Virus record (IMG/VR): IMGVR_UViG_3300033146_005954
Span: 3,859 to 67,858 of that record
Direction: 5' to 3' (one strand)
DNA length: 64,000 nucleotides
Source of the DNA: a virus
Shown: positions 1-9,611 of the stretch, piece by piece
Numbering within the stretch: position 1 is the first letter of the stretch
How the letters are laid out: each line of letters begins with the position of its first letter
Translations under genes and position numbers: made by a program
Notes under the pieces: generated by a model
What the model was told of the DNA's origin: nothing
Database searches by the model: none
The model's input: only the letters and a program-made list of their open reading frames with translations

Positions 1-1
1 A

Positions 2-244
2 AATAGTTCTGATATAAAAGGCGATTATTTTAATAATCAAAAATCACAATTAGAATTAGTTCAAAAAGATTTGAAAAATACTTTTGGTAATATGTTAGAT
101 AGTTCTAAAGAATTAAAACAAGATATTTTTGGAAAGATTAAAGGTTTCTTTACATCAGCTCCTACTTATGAAAATCCTTTAGCAGCTGCTAAAGGGACTA
201 CTGCTAAAGCAATGGCATTAGCTAATTCAAATATAAAAGGATAA
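2..244 (+). CDS. 3' end of a gene truncated by the window edge (possible virion protein)
   Basis: Frame open from the edge: NSSDIKGDYF...ALANSNIKG*. Confidence 0.6.
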   Translation, partial: NSSDIKGDYFNNQKSQLELVQKDLKNTFGNMLDSSKELKQDIFGKIKGFFTSAPTYENPLAAAKGTTAKAMALANSNIKG

Positions 245-247
245 TAT

Positions 248-535
248 ATGAATTTACATGATTTTTTAAATGAAGAAGGAATGAGTTTAGGTAGTGGGAA
301 GTTAGAAAACCAACAAAATGCTATTAATGAAATAAATAGATATTATGATAGTTATTTAAAAAATAAAAATATTGTTAAAAACACTGGATATAATATAGGA
401 CCTTTGAAGATAGCTCAAAAAATTATTCATGGATTAAACAATCCAAAACTGGATAAGTATGTAAAAAATGCAGCTGTAGTAATAAGGGCTTATACAACGT
501 ATAGAAATACTATAAGTAAAACACAAATGAAATAA
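248..535 (+). CDS. hypothetical protein, possible head internal protein
   Basis: N-terminus MNLHDFLNEE resembles capsid-targeting leaders; AAGG SD. Confidence 0.55.
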   Translation: MNLHDFLNEEGMSLGSGKLENQQNAINEINRYYDSYLKNKNIVKNTGYNIGPLKIAQKIIHGLNNPKLDKYVKNAAVVIRAYTTYRNTISKTQMK

Positions 536-566
536 AAAAAGGAAGCTTTTAAGCTTCCTTTTTTTT
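533..566. terminator. bidirectional intrinsic terminator
   Basis: A-run, GGAAGCTT-TT-AAGCTTCC, T-run between convergent genes. Confidence 0.8.
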
Positions 567-746
567 AACCATATTATTTAATTTATTACCAGTAACATAA
601 GCAATTGATAATAATCCACTTATTTGAACTATACTTTCTATTGGTAATTCAACTTTTGTAAATATTTGAATAATTACTGAAATAGGAACAAATGAAGTCC
701 AAGTAACTGTTAGCCAAAAAGTTCTACTCTTAAATTTTTCATTCAT
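549..746 (-). CDS. holin-like small membrane protein
   Basis: KFKSRTFW N-terminal motif, two hydrophobic segments, basic C-terminus. Confidence 0.5.
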   Translation of the reverse strand: MNEKFKSRTFWLTVTWTSFVPISVIIQIFTKVELPIESIVQISGLLSIAYVTGNKLNNMVKKKEA

Positions 747-1048
747 ATTTTAACCTCTTTCGTTTCATTCCTTTTTAAATTAAAGGATTTATTCATTATT
801 TGTTTTCCACCTTCTTCTGCTATAACATTAACTATTGTATACCTCTTATTAGATTCCCATTTAATAACAAATATTCTTTCTTTAATAACATCTATTAAAT
901 TCTTAGGAATTATTTGCTTTATAGGAAATCTTTCACTATAAAATTTTACTCTAACTTTTAATTTCTTATCAGTTATTATTTTTATTTTAGCTTCACTTTC
1001 AATTATTATTTTGTTTTTTATTAAAAATTTTCTTATTTTCTCTAACAT
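743..1048 (-). CDS. hypothetical protein
   Basis: ORF with AGGAGG SD, coupled to the holin-like gene. Confidence 0.65.
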   Translation of the reverse strand: MLEKIRKFLIKNKIIIESEAKIKIITDKKLKVRVKFYSERFPIKQIIPKNLIDVIKERIFVIKWESNKRYTIVNVIAEEGGKQIMNKSFNLKRNETKEVKI

Positions 1049-1122
1049 TCTTACCTCCTAATTTATATATGTTATATAGTAGTTTTTAAACTACTAATTT
1101 TAACATATATGTTAAAAAACAC

Positions 1123-1152
1123 TTGACAAAATTTATATAGTTGAATTATGAT
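1123..1152 (+). promoter_or_regulatory. sigma70-type promoter
   Basis: TTGACA-18-TATGAT with no ORF downstream. Confidence 0.5.
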
Positions 1153-1454
1153 CGTTTTTATGTAGTAATTGGAGAAATTGGAGATAATAGACATGATTTA
1201 CTGTATTAAACGATCACTTTAGTTCAAAAAACTATATTTTAAAATCATAATTAGAGTAATTGGAGTAATTGGAGATATTTTAGTTATTGGAGATATTGTT
1301 GGGTTTTTTTCTGAACACTTAAATAAGAGTATTAATTATTATAATTGATTAAAGAATTACAAAAGTTTGCAAATAATTGCAAAGAGAAAAAAAGAAATTA
1401 AAAAAAGTTTCTAAAAAGATTTTCCAAATCTTCTAAAAAATTATAAAAGAAAAG

Positions 1455-2050
1455 AGTAGTCCAATTACTGTAAATTATCAGCTCACTGTGAAGTCCGAAT
1501 TACCGAGCGTAGCTCAAATTGCCGAGTGTAGTGAGCGTAGCGAACGAAGCGAGCGCTGGAAGAAAACAAAAATAGTTTGAACGAGCGACAGCGAAGTTCA
1601 AATTGTTTCTCTTCCCAACTAAACCAAACTACTAAAAATTAGTCCAGAACCAGAAGTCCTGATGAAAAAGGTATGCGGAGGTCTGATTTCATGAAATCAG
1701 CATTTTTTCTAAAGTTAATGTATTTTAAAAATGAAAATAATATATCATTAATAATTTAATATATTTCAAAAATTGGAATAACGGACTATAATATATCATT
1801 AGTAGTTGATGTAATTTTAATGACTTGCCATTGGGCTGACTACTGGACTATATTTCTGAATATAATTAAATAATTGGATCTGGAGTGATTGCTATAATTA
1901 TAGGAGTACTGACTACTGGAATATATTTGGAGTAGCTGGACAGTCATTAGTAGCTGGACTTCTTTGTTAATTCCGATGATATAATTGTGCTTCGCACAAT
2001 AATCATCGGAAAGAGACATCAATGAAACTCGCAAGCTCGTTTCATTTTGC
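1455..2050. other. structured non-coding region, candidate replication origin
   Basis: GC-rich hairpins with GNA loops on opposite strands flanking an AT-rich core; palindrome at 1683-1700. Confidence 0.45.
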
Positions 2051-2095
2051 TCATTTTTTTTAAAAATATAATTAATGTATTTAAATTAAATATAA

Positions 2096-2284
2096 TAATT
2101 TCTTTAATTTCAGCAATCTATTCCGTTTTTTATATAAAATTAATTTCTTTAATTTCAACAATCTATTCCGTTTTTAATATAAAATTAATTTATTTAATTC
2201 AGCAATTTATTCCGTTTTTTATATAAAATTAATTTATTTAATTTCAACAATTTCTTTAATTTCAACAATCTATTCCGTTTTTAA
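2096..2284. repeat. about four 45-bp tandem repeats (iteron-like)
   Basis: TAATTTCTTTAATTTCA(G/A)CAATCTATTCCGTTTTT(T/A)ATATAAAAT units at 2096, 2141, 2186 and a rearranged fourth. Confidence 0.85.
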
Positions 2285-2312
2285 ATCATATATAACATTA
2301 GAGGAGAAGTTA

Positions 2313-3384
<1,072 letters not shown>

Positions 3385-3396
3385 AAAACATCTGCT

Positions 3397-3406
3397 GTAA
3401 AGGTAA
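3397..3406 (+). promoter_or_regulatory. candidate phage late promoter GTAAAGGTAA
   Basis: Recurring intergenic motif; here directly before a sigma70 promoter. Confidence 0.4.
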
Positions 3407-3488
3407 TACTAAACAATTGACAAATTGTTTTAAAACATGATATAATAAGCAAATAGTCCAAAACGACCAATTAGCCAAGGAAGAAAAA

Positions 3489-4178
3489 ATGATTTGTAAT
3501 AGATGTAATATAGAAAAAAGTTTAGATAGTTTTAGTTTGAAAAAATCAACAAAAACAGGATATAATACAATTTGTAAAGATTGTATAAAAGACTATAATT
3601 CAAAATATTATAAACTAAATAAAAAAAAGTTAAAAGAAAAATCCCTAACATATTATAATTTAAACAGAGACTCTATAAATGCCAACAGAAAAGGTGTTGT
3701 TAAAATTAATTATTATCTTTTAAATAAAGAGAGAATAGATAATTATTATTATAAAAATAGAGAAGAAATCTTAGAAAGAGTTAAAAAATATAGAAAGAAT
3801 AACAGGGATAAAATAAACACTTATATAAGTAATAGAAAAAAGAATGATCCTAATTTTTTAATTTCTTTAGTTTTAAGAAATAGATTTTCTAAAGTAATTA
3901 AAGAAATTTATACAGGGTCTAAAACAGATAAATCAAAAGAATTATTAAATTGTTCTATAGAAGATTTTAAAAAACATATTGAAAATTTATTTACAGAAAA
4001 TATGAACTGGGAAAATCATGGGAATAAAGGTTGGCATTTTGATCATATAATTCCCATTTTTTCGTTTGATTTAACTTTAGAAGAAGAAGTTAAAAAATGT
4101 TTTAACTATTCTAATATACAACCATTATGGTGGTATGATAATTTAAAGAAAGGTAATAAAGTATTGACAAATAATTAA
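3489..4178 (+). CDS. HNH-type free-standing endonuclease
   Basis: N-terminal CxxC..CxxC; WENHG, WHFDHIIP, NIQPLW..DNLKKGNK. Confidence 0.8.
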   Translation: MICNRCNIEKSLDSFSLKKSTKTGYNTICKDCIKDYNSKYYKLNKKKLKEKSLTYYNLNRDSINANRKGVVKINYYLLNKERIDNYYYKNREEILERVKKYRKNNRDKINTYISNRKKNDPNFLISLVLRNRFSKVIKEIYTGSKTDKSKELLNCSIEDFKKHIENLFTENMNWENHGNKGWHFDHIIPIFSFDLTLEEEVKKCFNYSNIQPLWWYDNLKKGNKVLTNN

Positions 4179-4250
4179 ATATATTGTATAATATATTATA
4201 TGGCGAACAAGTCCAATTGACCAATTAGCCAAAAAAACAAAGGAGATCAC

Positions 4251-5111
4251 ATGACAGAACAAGAGAAAAAAGAATTAATCGAAGCGATGAAACATGACAA
4301 AGAAGGACAGAAGTCAAATTTTTGGAATATTCCAAAAAAAGAAGAGGGAACTTTCCCTATTAGATTTTTACCACCTTTAAAAAAATTAGGTGAGAAAACA
4401 TTCTATTTTAAACATAAGGTTCATTGGATTGCTGGAAGACCGTATGAGTGTTTAAATCAATCAATGAATGATAAAAATGGAGTATTTCATGAAGCGGAAA
4501 ATTGTCCTATTTGTAATTTTACAGATAAATTATATAAGACAGCACAGAAAGGTGATGATGATTTTAAATTAGCTGGATTAATCAGAGGAAAAGAGAGAAA
4601 TGTAAGTAGAATAGTTGTTAGAAAAAGTGAAGATGAAACTGTAGCAAGATTTTATGAATATGGACCAAAATTATTTGAGATGTTATATCATATAATTACA
4701 GAAACAGATTTTGGAATGATAGTAGATCCTAAAGACGGAAGGGACTTTAACTTAACAAAATCTGGAACTGGAAGAAATACTAATTATGATACTTCAACCC
4801 CTTCAGCAAATTCTAATCCTATATTTACAGATGTTGAAATGTTGAAGAAGTTATTTACAAATGCTACTGAAATGAAATATACTGACAATATAGAATTTAC
4901 AAGCTATGATAATTTGAAAAAAGTGCTTGAGTCATTTTTAGGAGATGAGCCTGAACCTATTTCAAAACCAGCTTCTGCTCCTATTTCAAAACCAGCTTCT
5001 GCTCCTATTTCAAAACCAGTTTCTGTTGAAAAAGAAGAAATGCCAGTTTCTGCTGAAACATCAGAAGAAGATGACGAATTGGATGCTATATTAGGCGAAT
5101 TTACAAGTTAG
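4251..5111 (+). CDS. T4 gp32-like single-stranded DNA-binding protein
   Basis: IRFLPP, CPIC, DPKDGRDF, NYDTS, acidic C-tail DDELDAIL; PISKPASA linker repeats; sigma70 promoter at 4164. Confidence 0.88.
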   Translation: MTEQEKKELIEAMKHDKEGQKSNFWNIPKKEEGTFPIRFLPPLKKLGEKTFYFKHKVHWIAGRPYECLNQSMNDKNGVFHEAENCPICNFTDKLYKTAQKGDDDFKLAGLIRGKERNVSRIVVRKSEDETVARFYEYGPKLFEMLYHIITETDFGMIVDPKDGRDFNLTKSGTGRNTNYDTSTPSANSNPIFTDVEMLKKLFTNATEMKYTDNIEFTSYDNLKKVLESFLGDEPEPISKPASAPISKPASAPISKPVSVEKEEMPVSAETSEEDDELDAILGEFTS

Positions 5112-5116
5112 ATAAA

Positions 5117-5140
5117 ATACCCCCCCAACTAAGGGGGGAT
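5117..5140 (+). terminator. GC stem-loop after SSB
   Basis: CCCCCC-AACTAA-GGGGGG. Confidence 0.5.
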
Positions 5141-5153
5141 AATAGGAGAAAAT

Positions 5154-6029
5154 ATGGCAAAGAAAAAAATAGAAAAAGCAGAAGAAACTTCTTTTGAAGA
5201 TATAGATAAAATAATTTCAAAACAATTTGGGGATTTAATTGATTTATCTAAAGTAGATACTTCAGTAGATACTTTTTATGATTGGGGTGTTTATTCTTTA
5301 AATTATATTTGTTCAAAGAATTTATTTGGTGGTATTCCAAAAGGACGTGTAACAGGCATTGAGGGTTTGGCGGGCACGGGAAAGTCTTTATTAACAGCGG
5401 TTGCAGCAAAAGATCCAAGAATTGATTATATAATAGTAGTTGAAACAGAAGGTGGTGGACAAGGCGATGAATTAATGACATTTGCTGGAGTTGATAAAAG
5501 AAAAGTTAGAATAATGAAAGCAAATACATTTACAAGTTATAAAACAAATAAAAAGACTTTAAAAATAGAAGAAATAAAAGATAGTGAAATACCTAAAAAA
5601 TTAAACACTGATACTTATCTATATACAGAAGGAATTACTTCTAAAATAAGAAGATTTATACAAGCTATTAATTTTGGAGGAGTTAAACAAAATATATTAA
5701 TTATTTTAGATAGTTTGGCAAATATTCAATCAGTTAGAGCACTTGCTGGTGGTTGTTATATTGGAGATACTAAAATCACAACAAAAAATGGTTTAAAAAG
5801 TATAAAAGATATTAAAGAAGGAGATTTTGTTTTAACTCATTTAGGATCACTCAAAGAAGTTGAAAAAATACATTCCTATGAAAATAAAAATGAAATAATT
5901 GAAATCGAAATTGAAGATGAAATAATAAAACTAACGCCTAATCATAAATTATTAATTAAAAGGGATGGTGTAAAGAAATGGGAAATGGCAGGGAATGTTT
6001 TATTAACAGATGAATTATTTAAGATATAA
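5154..6029 (+). CDS. uvsX: RecA/UvsX N-terminal part fused to split intein N-fragment
   Basis: GGIPKGR, Walker A GLAGTGKS, Walker B ILDSL; intein starts CYIGDT at 5754, block B LTPNHKL, then stop. Confidence 0.88.
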   Translation: MAKKKIEKAEETSFEDIDKIISKQFGDLIDLSKVDTSVDTFYDWGVYSLNYICSKNLFGGIPKGRVTGIEGLAGTGKSLLTAVAAKDPRIDYIIVVETEGGGQGDELMTFAGVDKRKVRIMKANTFTSYKTNKKTLKIEEIKDSEIPKKLNTDTYLYTEGITSKIRRFIQAINFGGVKQNILIILDSLANIQSVRALAGGCYIGDTKITTKNGLKSIKDIKEGDFVLTHLGSLKEVEKIHSYENKNEIIEIEIEDEIIKLTPNHKLLIKRDGVKKWEMAGNVLLTDELFKI

Positions 6030-6030
6030 T

Positions 6031-6193
6031 ATATTTTATATTGAAGAACTTAATTTATGTATTGAGTATAATGGAGACTATTGGCACAAAAACCCAAGAT
6101 TTTATAATTATCTGGAAAATGGATGTTGATAAAGAGTTCAATAATGTCGTAGATAAATTTAAGAAAAAAATAGGAGAGAAAATAAATGAATGA
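6031..6193 (+). pseudogene. remnant of a DUF559/Vsr-like homing endonuclease
   Basis: IFYIEELNLCIEYNGDYWHKNP and, in another frame, IWKMD...; no start codon, internally deleted. Confidence 0.65.
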
Positions 6194-7052
6194 ATTAAAA
6201 AAAGATGATATTTTTTTAGACAATTATATTCCTTTAAAAATAAAATCTATTAAAAGGAGGAGTGACAATATAGAAAAAGTTTATGATTTGACTGTTAAGG
6301 ATGATAAAACTTATTGTGTTACAAAAAATAAAATTATTGGACATAATTCTGATATGGGGCTTAGGGGCCAAAATATTAATAGTTTTTTTAAAAACTTTGA
6401 TAATGCTTTTGAAGAAGCAGGTATGACATTTGTATTTACAAATAAATTATATACAAATTTTGATGAATATAATCCATGGGCTTCAGCAGGTGGAGTATCT
6501 CCAAGATATAATTCTTCTTTATATGTTAGGTTATCTACTACTTCTTTAACTGATGATGTATCTGATGGTGATATGAAAGAAGAAAAATTAAAAAGAAAAT
6601 CAGCTTTAGGAAGTTCATTAAAAACTATAAAAGCAAGAGTTGAAAAAAGTAGATTTGGGACAGATATGAGAAATATTCCATTTCTTTTAGATTTTATATC
6701 TGGACCAGTTAAATTTAGTGGATTATTTACTTTATGTAAAGATTTTGGTGTAATAACTTCTCCTTCTAATGGATGGTATGAAATGGATACTGTATTTGAA
6801 GGTAAATTTAGAAAAAAAGATTTTATTCCTTTTATAAAAAAGAATGAAAAAGAATTAATGACTAAAATACAAAAGTTATTAGAGAAAGCTGAAATAAGAA
6901 TTAAAAAAGAACATCAAAATTTAGAAGTAAATGATATACAAGAAGCTAATGATGTTGAAGAAGATTTAGAAGACAAAGATAAAGAAAATCCTTTTGGAGA
7001 GACAGTATCTGATGATATAATGAAAGAAATGATTAAAGATGTTGAAGTATAA
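6186..7052 (+). CDS. uvsX: split intein C-fragment fused to RecA/UvsX C-terminal part
   Basis: KVYDLTV...IIGHN/S (extein starts 6348), then DMGLRG, FTNKLY, AGG, KSRFG RecA motifs; AGGAG SD. Confidence 0.88.
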   Translation: MNELKKDDIFLDNYIPLKIKSIKRRSDNIEKVYDLTVKDDKTYCVTKNKIIGHNSDMGLRGQNINSFFKNFDNAFEEAGMTFVFTNKLYTNFDEYNPWASAGGVSPRYNSSLYVRLSTTSLTDDVSDGDMKEEKLKRKSALGSSLKTIKARVEKSRFGTDMRNIPFLLDFISGPVKFSGLFTLCKDFGVITSPSNGWYEMDTVFEGKFRKKDFIPFIKKNEKELMTKIQKLLEKAEIRIKKEHQNLEVNDIQEANDVEEDLEDKDKENPFGETVSDDIMKEMIKDVEV

Positions 7053-7212
7053 AGTAGAATGGGAAAATGGAATAGTTGTTAAGAGAGGTGTTCTATTAGA
7101 TTTTATTGTCAAAAACGATATATCATATGGAATAATTAAAATAGGTAATAATTTAAAAGAAATTAAATTAGATAATTTAAAAATAGCAGAAGAAGAAAAG
7201 GAGAATATATGA
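7039..7212 (+). CDS. small hypothetical protein (57 aa)
   Basis: MLKYKVEWENG... fills the gap and overlaps both neighbours. Confidence 0.55.
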   Translation: MLKYKVEWENGIVVKRGVLLDFIVKNDISYGIIKIGNNLKEIKLDNLKIAEEEKENI

Positions 7213-7565
7213 AAAATTTCAAACCGTGTGGAAATCAAGTCTTAATTAGATTTATCCCAACAAAGCCAAAAGAGAAAAAAACAGATGCTGGATTATTATT
7301 ATTAGATGGAACAAAAACAACTAATATGAATGGAACTCAAATCGAAGTAGATAAAATGTTATTTCAAGTAGTTAGTGTAGGTGAATTAGTAGATTTAAAC
7401 AAGACATCATTTAAAATAGGAGATTTAGTAATCTTTAATGACTTTGATATTAAATATTTAGAAGATGAAAATAAAAAAGGTTATTTATTAACTAAAGATG
7501 TTTCTATAATGGGAACTTATGAAACATCAGAAAAACCAGACGAAGGGTGGAGTTTGGATATTTAA
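7209..7565 (+). CDS. GroES-like co-chaperonin (gp31 analogue)
   Basis: FKPCGNQVLI, KKTDAGLLL mobile loop, VVSVG, KIGDLVIF. Confidence 0.8.
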   Translation: MKNFKPCGNQVLIRFIPTKPKEKKTDAGLLLLDGTKTTNMNGTQIEVDKMLFQVVSVGELVDLNKTSFKIGDLVIFNDFDIKYLEDENKKGYLLTKDVSIMGTYETSEKPDEGWSLDI

Positions 7566-7716
7566 TTGGCTTATATACCTGATGAATTTTTAGTAGAAAA
7601 ATTAGTTGATTTAAAAACAGAAAAAGAAACAGAGATAGAGATGAAAGCTTATTTCATCTCTATTTTAGAAATTATAGAAAGTGGCTTAAATCCTTTAGAA
7701 GATTGGAGTAGATTTA

Positions 7717-8190
7717 TTGAATAGTAAGTTTATTAAATTAAAATTGTTGGAGTATTACAGATTTAAAAGAAATATGTTAGCAGGAACAGAAGTTAATGTA
7801 GCTTATGGTATAGCTGATGTATTAGCTATTTCAATGGATTTAAAAAAAAGTATTGAAATAGAAGTTAAAGTAAGTATATCTGATTTAAAAGCCGATTTTA
7901 AAAATAAAGTAGATAAACATTCTAATGTAGAAAACGGAAAATGGATGAATCCAAATTATTTTTTAATAGCTATTCCAGAAAATTTATTAACTAAAACATT
8001 AGATATATTAAAAGATAAAAATAGTAAATATGGTATAATAACTGTAAGTGAAGAAGGAGTTATTAAAATTGTTAAAAGAGCAAATAAATTAAATTTAAGT
8101 GAAAATAATAAATTAAAACATTATTTAGATTTAAGAATAAATAATCAATTAATAACAGTTTTACAAAAAGAGTTGAATGAGGGTTTATGA
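7717..8190 (+). CDS. MmcB-like PD-(D/E)XK nuclease
   Basis: ADVLAI...EIEVKVSISDLKAD. Confidence 0.65.
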   Translation: MNSKFIKLKLLEYYRFKRNMLAGTEVNVAYGIADVLAISMDLKKSIEIEVKVSISDLKADFKNKVDKHSNVENGKWMNPNYFLIAIPENLLTKTLDILKDKNSKYGIITVSEEGVIKIVKRANKLNLSENNKLKHYLDLRINNQLITVLQKELNEGL

Positions 8191-9611
8191 AACTATATAT
8201 AGATGATAGAATAATTTCTATTATTTTTAAAACAAAAGAAAATGAAGTAATATTTAAAAATTATTTTACATGGAAAGATGATTCAAAAGCTTTTTTTAGA
8301 GGAAAATATGACGTAACTAAAATAAAAAAAGTTTGTTTCATGAAACATCATAAATCAATGTATTTATTAAAATCAGGATTTCTACAAGAAGTAATGTTTT
8401 TAATAAAATCAAATGAAATTAAAGTAACTGAAATAGTTGATAAAAGAACTAAATTTAATTTCATGAAAAAAGAGTATTCTATTAAATCATTAGAAAAATA
8501 TTTTCCTTTTGAATATGTAGATCATCAAACGTCTGCTTTAAAAAAAATTTTAAAAGTTAATAAAGGGATTGCTGTTTTACCAACATCGGCTGGCAAAACT
8601 GAAATTTTTTTGGCTTATTTGAAAATAACAAATTTGCCAACTTTAATAGTAGTGAATAAAGTTTTATTAAGTGAGCAAATATATGAAAGAATTATTAAAT
8701 ATGGAATTAATGATGTTGGTATAAATACCGGTAGTAAAAAAAGAAATTTAGAGGCAAAAGTAATTGTTTCAACTATTGGAAGTGTTAAAAATTTAAATTT
8801 AAGTAAATTTAAATGCCTCATTGGTGATGAAGTTCATAATTTTTCTTCAAAAACATTCCAAGATTTTTTAGAAAAAGTTTCCTTCCCAATTCAAATAGGA
8901 TTTTCAGCAACTCCTAATAAAGGGAAACCGTATCAATATTCTATAATTAGGCAATTTATGGGCGATGTAATAGCAGAAGTAAAATCAAAAGAATTGATGG
9001 ATAATAAAGTAATGGCTGAACCGTTTATTTATTTTGTAAAAAATAAACTAAATGATGGGTTAGATTATCATTCATCTTATTTAAAAGAAATAATACAAAA
9101 TAGAGAAAGAAATAATAGTATTGTTAGAATAGTTGAAAATTTTGATACTCAAATATTAATCTTACTTCAAGATGTTGTTAATGGACAAGGTGAGTATCTA
9201 AAAGAAAAAATAGCAGAATTTGGAAAAAAGGTTGAATTTATTTCAGGAGAAACTAAAGATAGAAATTTTTATATAGAGAACTTTGAAAAAGAAAATATTA
9301 ATGTTTTAATAGCTACTAATATTTTAAATGAAGGAATTTCAATTAATAATATTAATTTATTAATTAATGCAGCAGGAATGAAAAGTTATTCACTTACTGC
9401 TCAAAAAATAGGAAGAGGTTTAAGAACAAAAAAGGGAAAAAGTTCTGTTGCAGTTGTAGATTTTATTGATGAAGGAAATAAATTTTTAGAAAAACATAGT
9501 AAGATTAGATATGATATATTCAAAAAATTGGGATTTCATAATATATTAAAATTGAACTTAGAGGAACTTTTGGAATATGACGAGAAAAGTATTATTAAAA
9601 AGACTAGATGA
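8187..9611 (+). CDS. uvsW: UvsW-like superfamily 2 helicase
   Basis: LPTSAGKT, DEVH, SATP, QKIGRGLR. Confidence 0.88.
   Translation: MKLYIDDRIISIIFKTKENEVIFKNYFTWKDDSKAFFRGKYDVTKIKKVCFMKHHKSMYLLKSGFLQEVMFLIKSNEIKVTEIVDKRTKFNFMKKEYSIKSLEKYFPFEYVDHQTSALKKILKVNKGIAVLPTSAGKTEIFLAYLKITNLPTLIVVNKVLLSEQIYERIIKYGINDVGINTGSKKRNLEAKVIVSTIGSVKNLNLSKFKCLIGDEVHNFSSKTFQDFLEKVSFPIQIGFSATPNKGKPYQYSIIRQFMGDVIAEVKSKELMDNKVMAEPFIYFVKNKLNDGLDYHSSYLKEIIQNRERNNSIVRIVENFDTQILILLQDVVNGQGEYLKEKIAEFGKKVEFISGETKDRNFYIENFEKENINVLIATNILNEGISINNINLLINAAGMKSYSLTAQKIGRGLRTKKGKSSVAVVDFIDEGNKFLEKHSKIRYDIFKKLGFHNILKLNLEELLEYDEKSIIKKTR

Noticed and set aside
1840-2034. 64-aa minus-strand ORF
   Set aside because: Non-ATG start, no SD, atypical composition; it overlaps hairpins of the structured region
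1480-2050. tRNA or rRNA in the GC-rich patch
   Set aside because: No cloverleaf, no T-loop GTTCRA in a tRNA context, no CCA end
2096-2284. CRISPR array
   Set aside because: Units are contiguous with no unique spacers and there are no cas genes; the same holds for the 55.2-kb and 57.2-kb repeats
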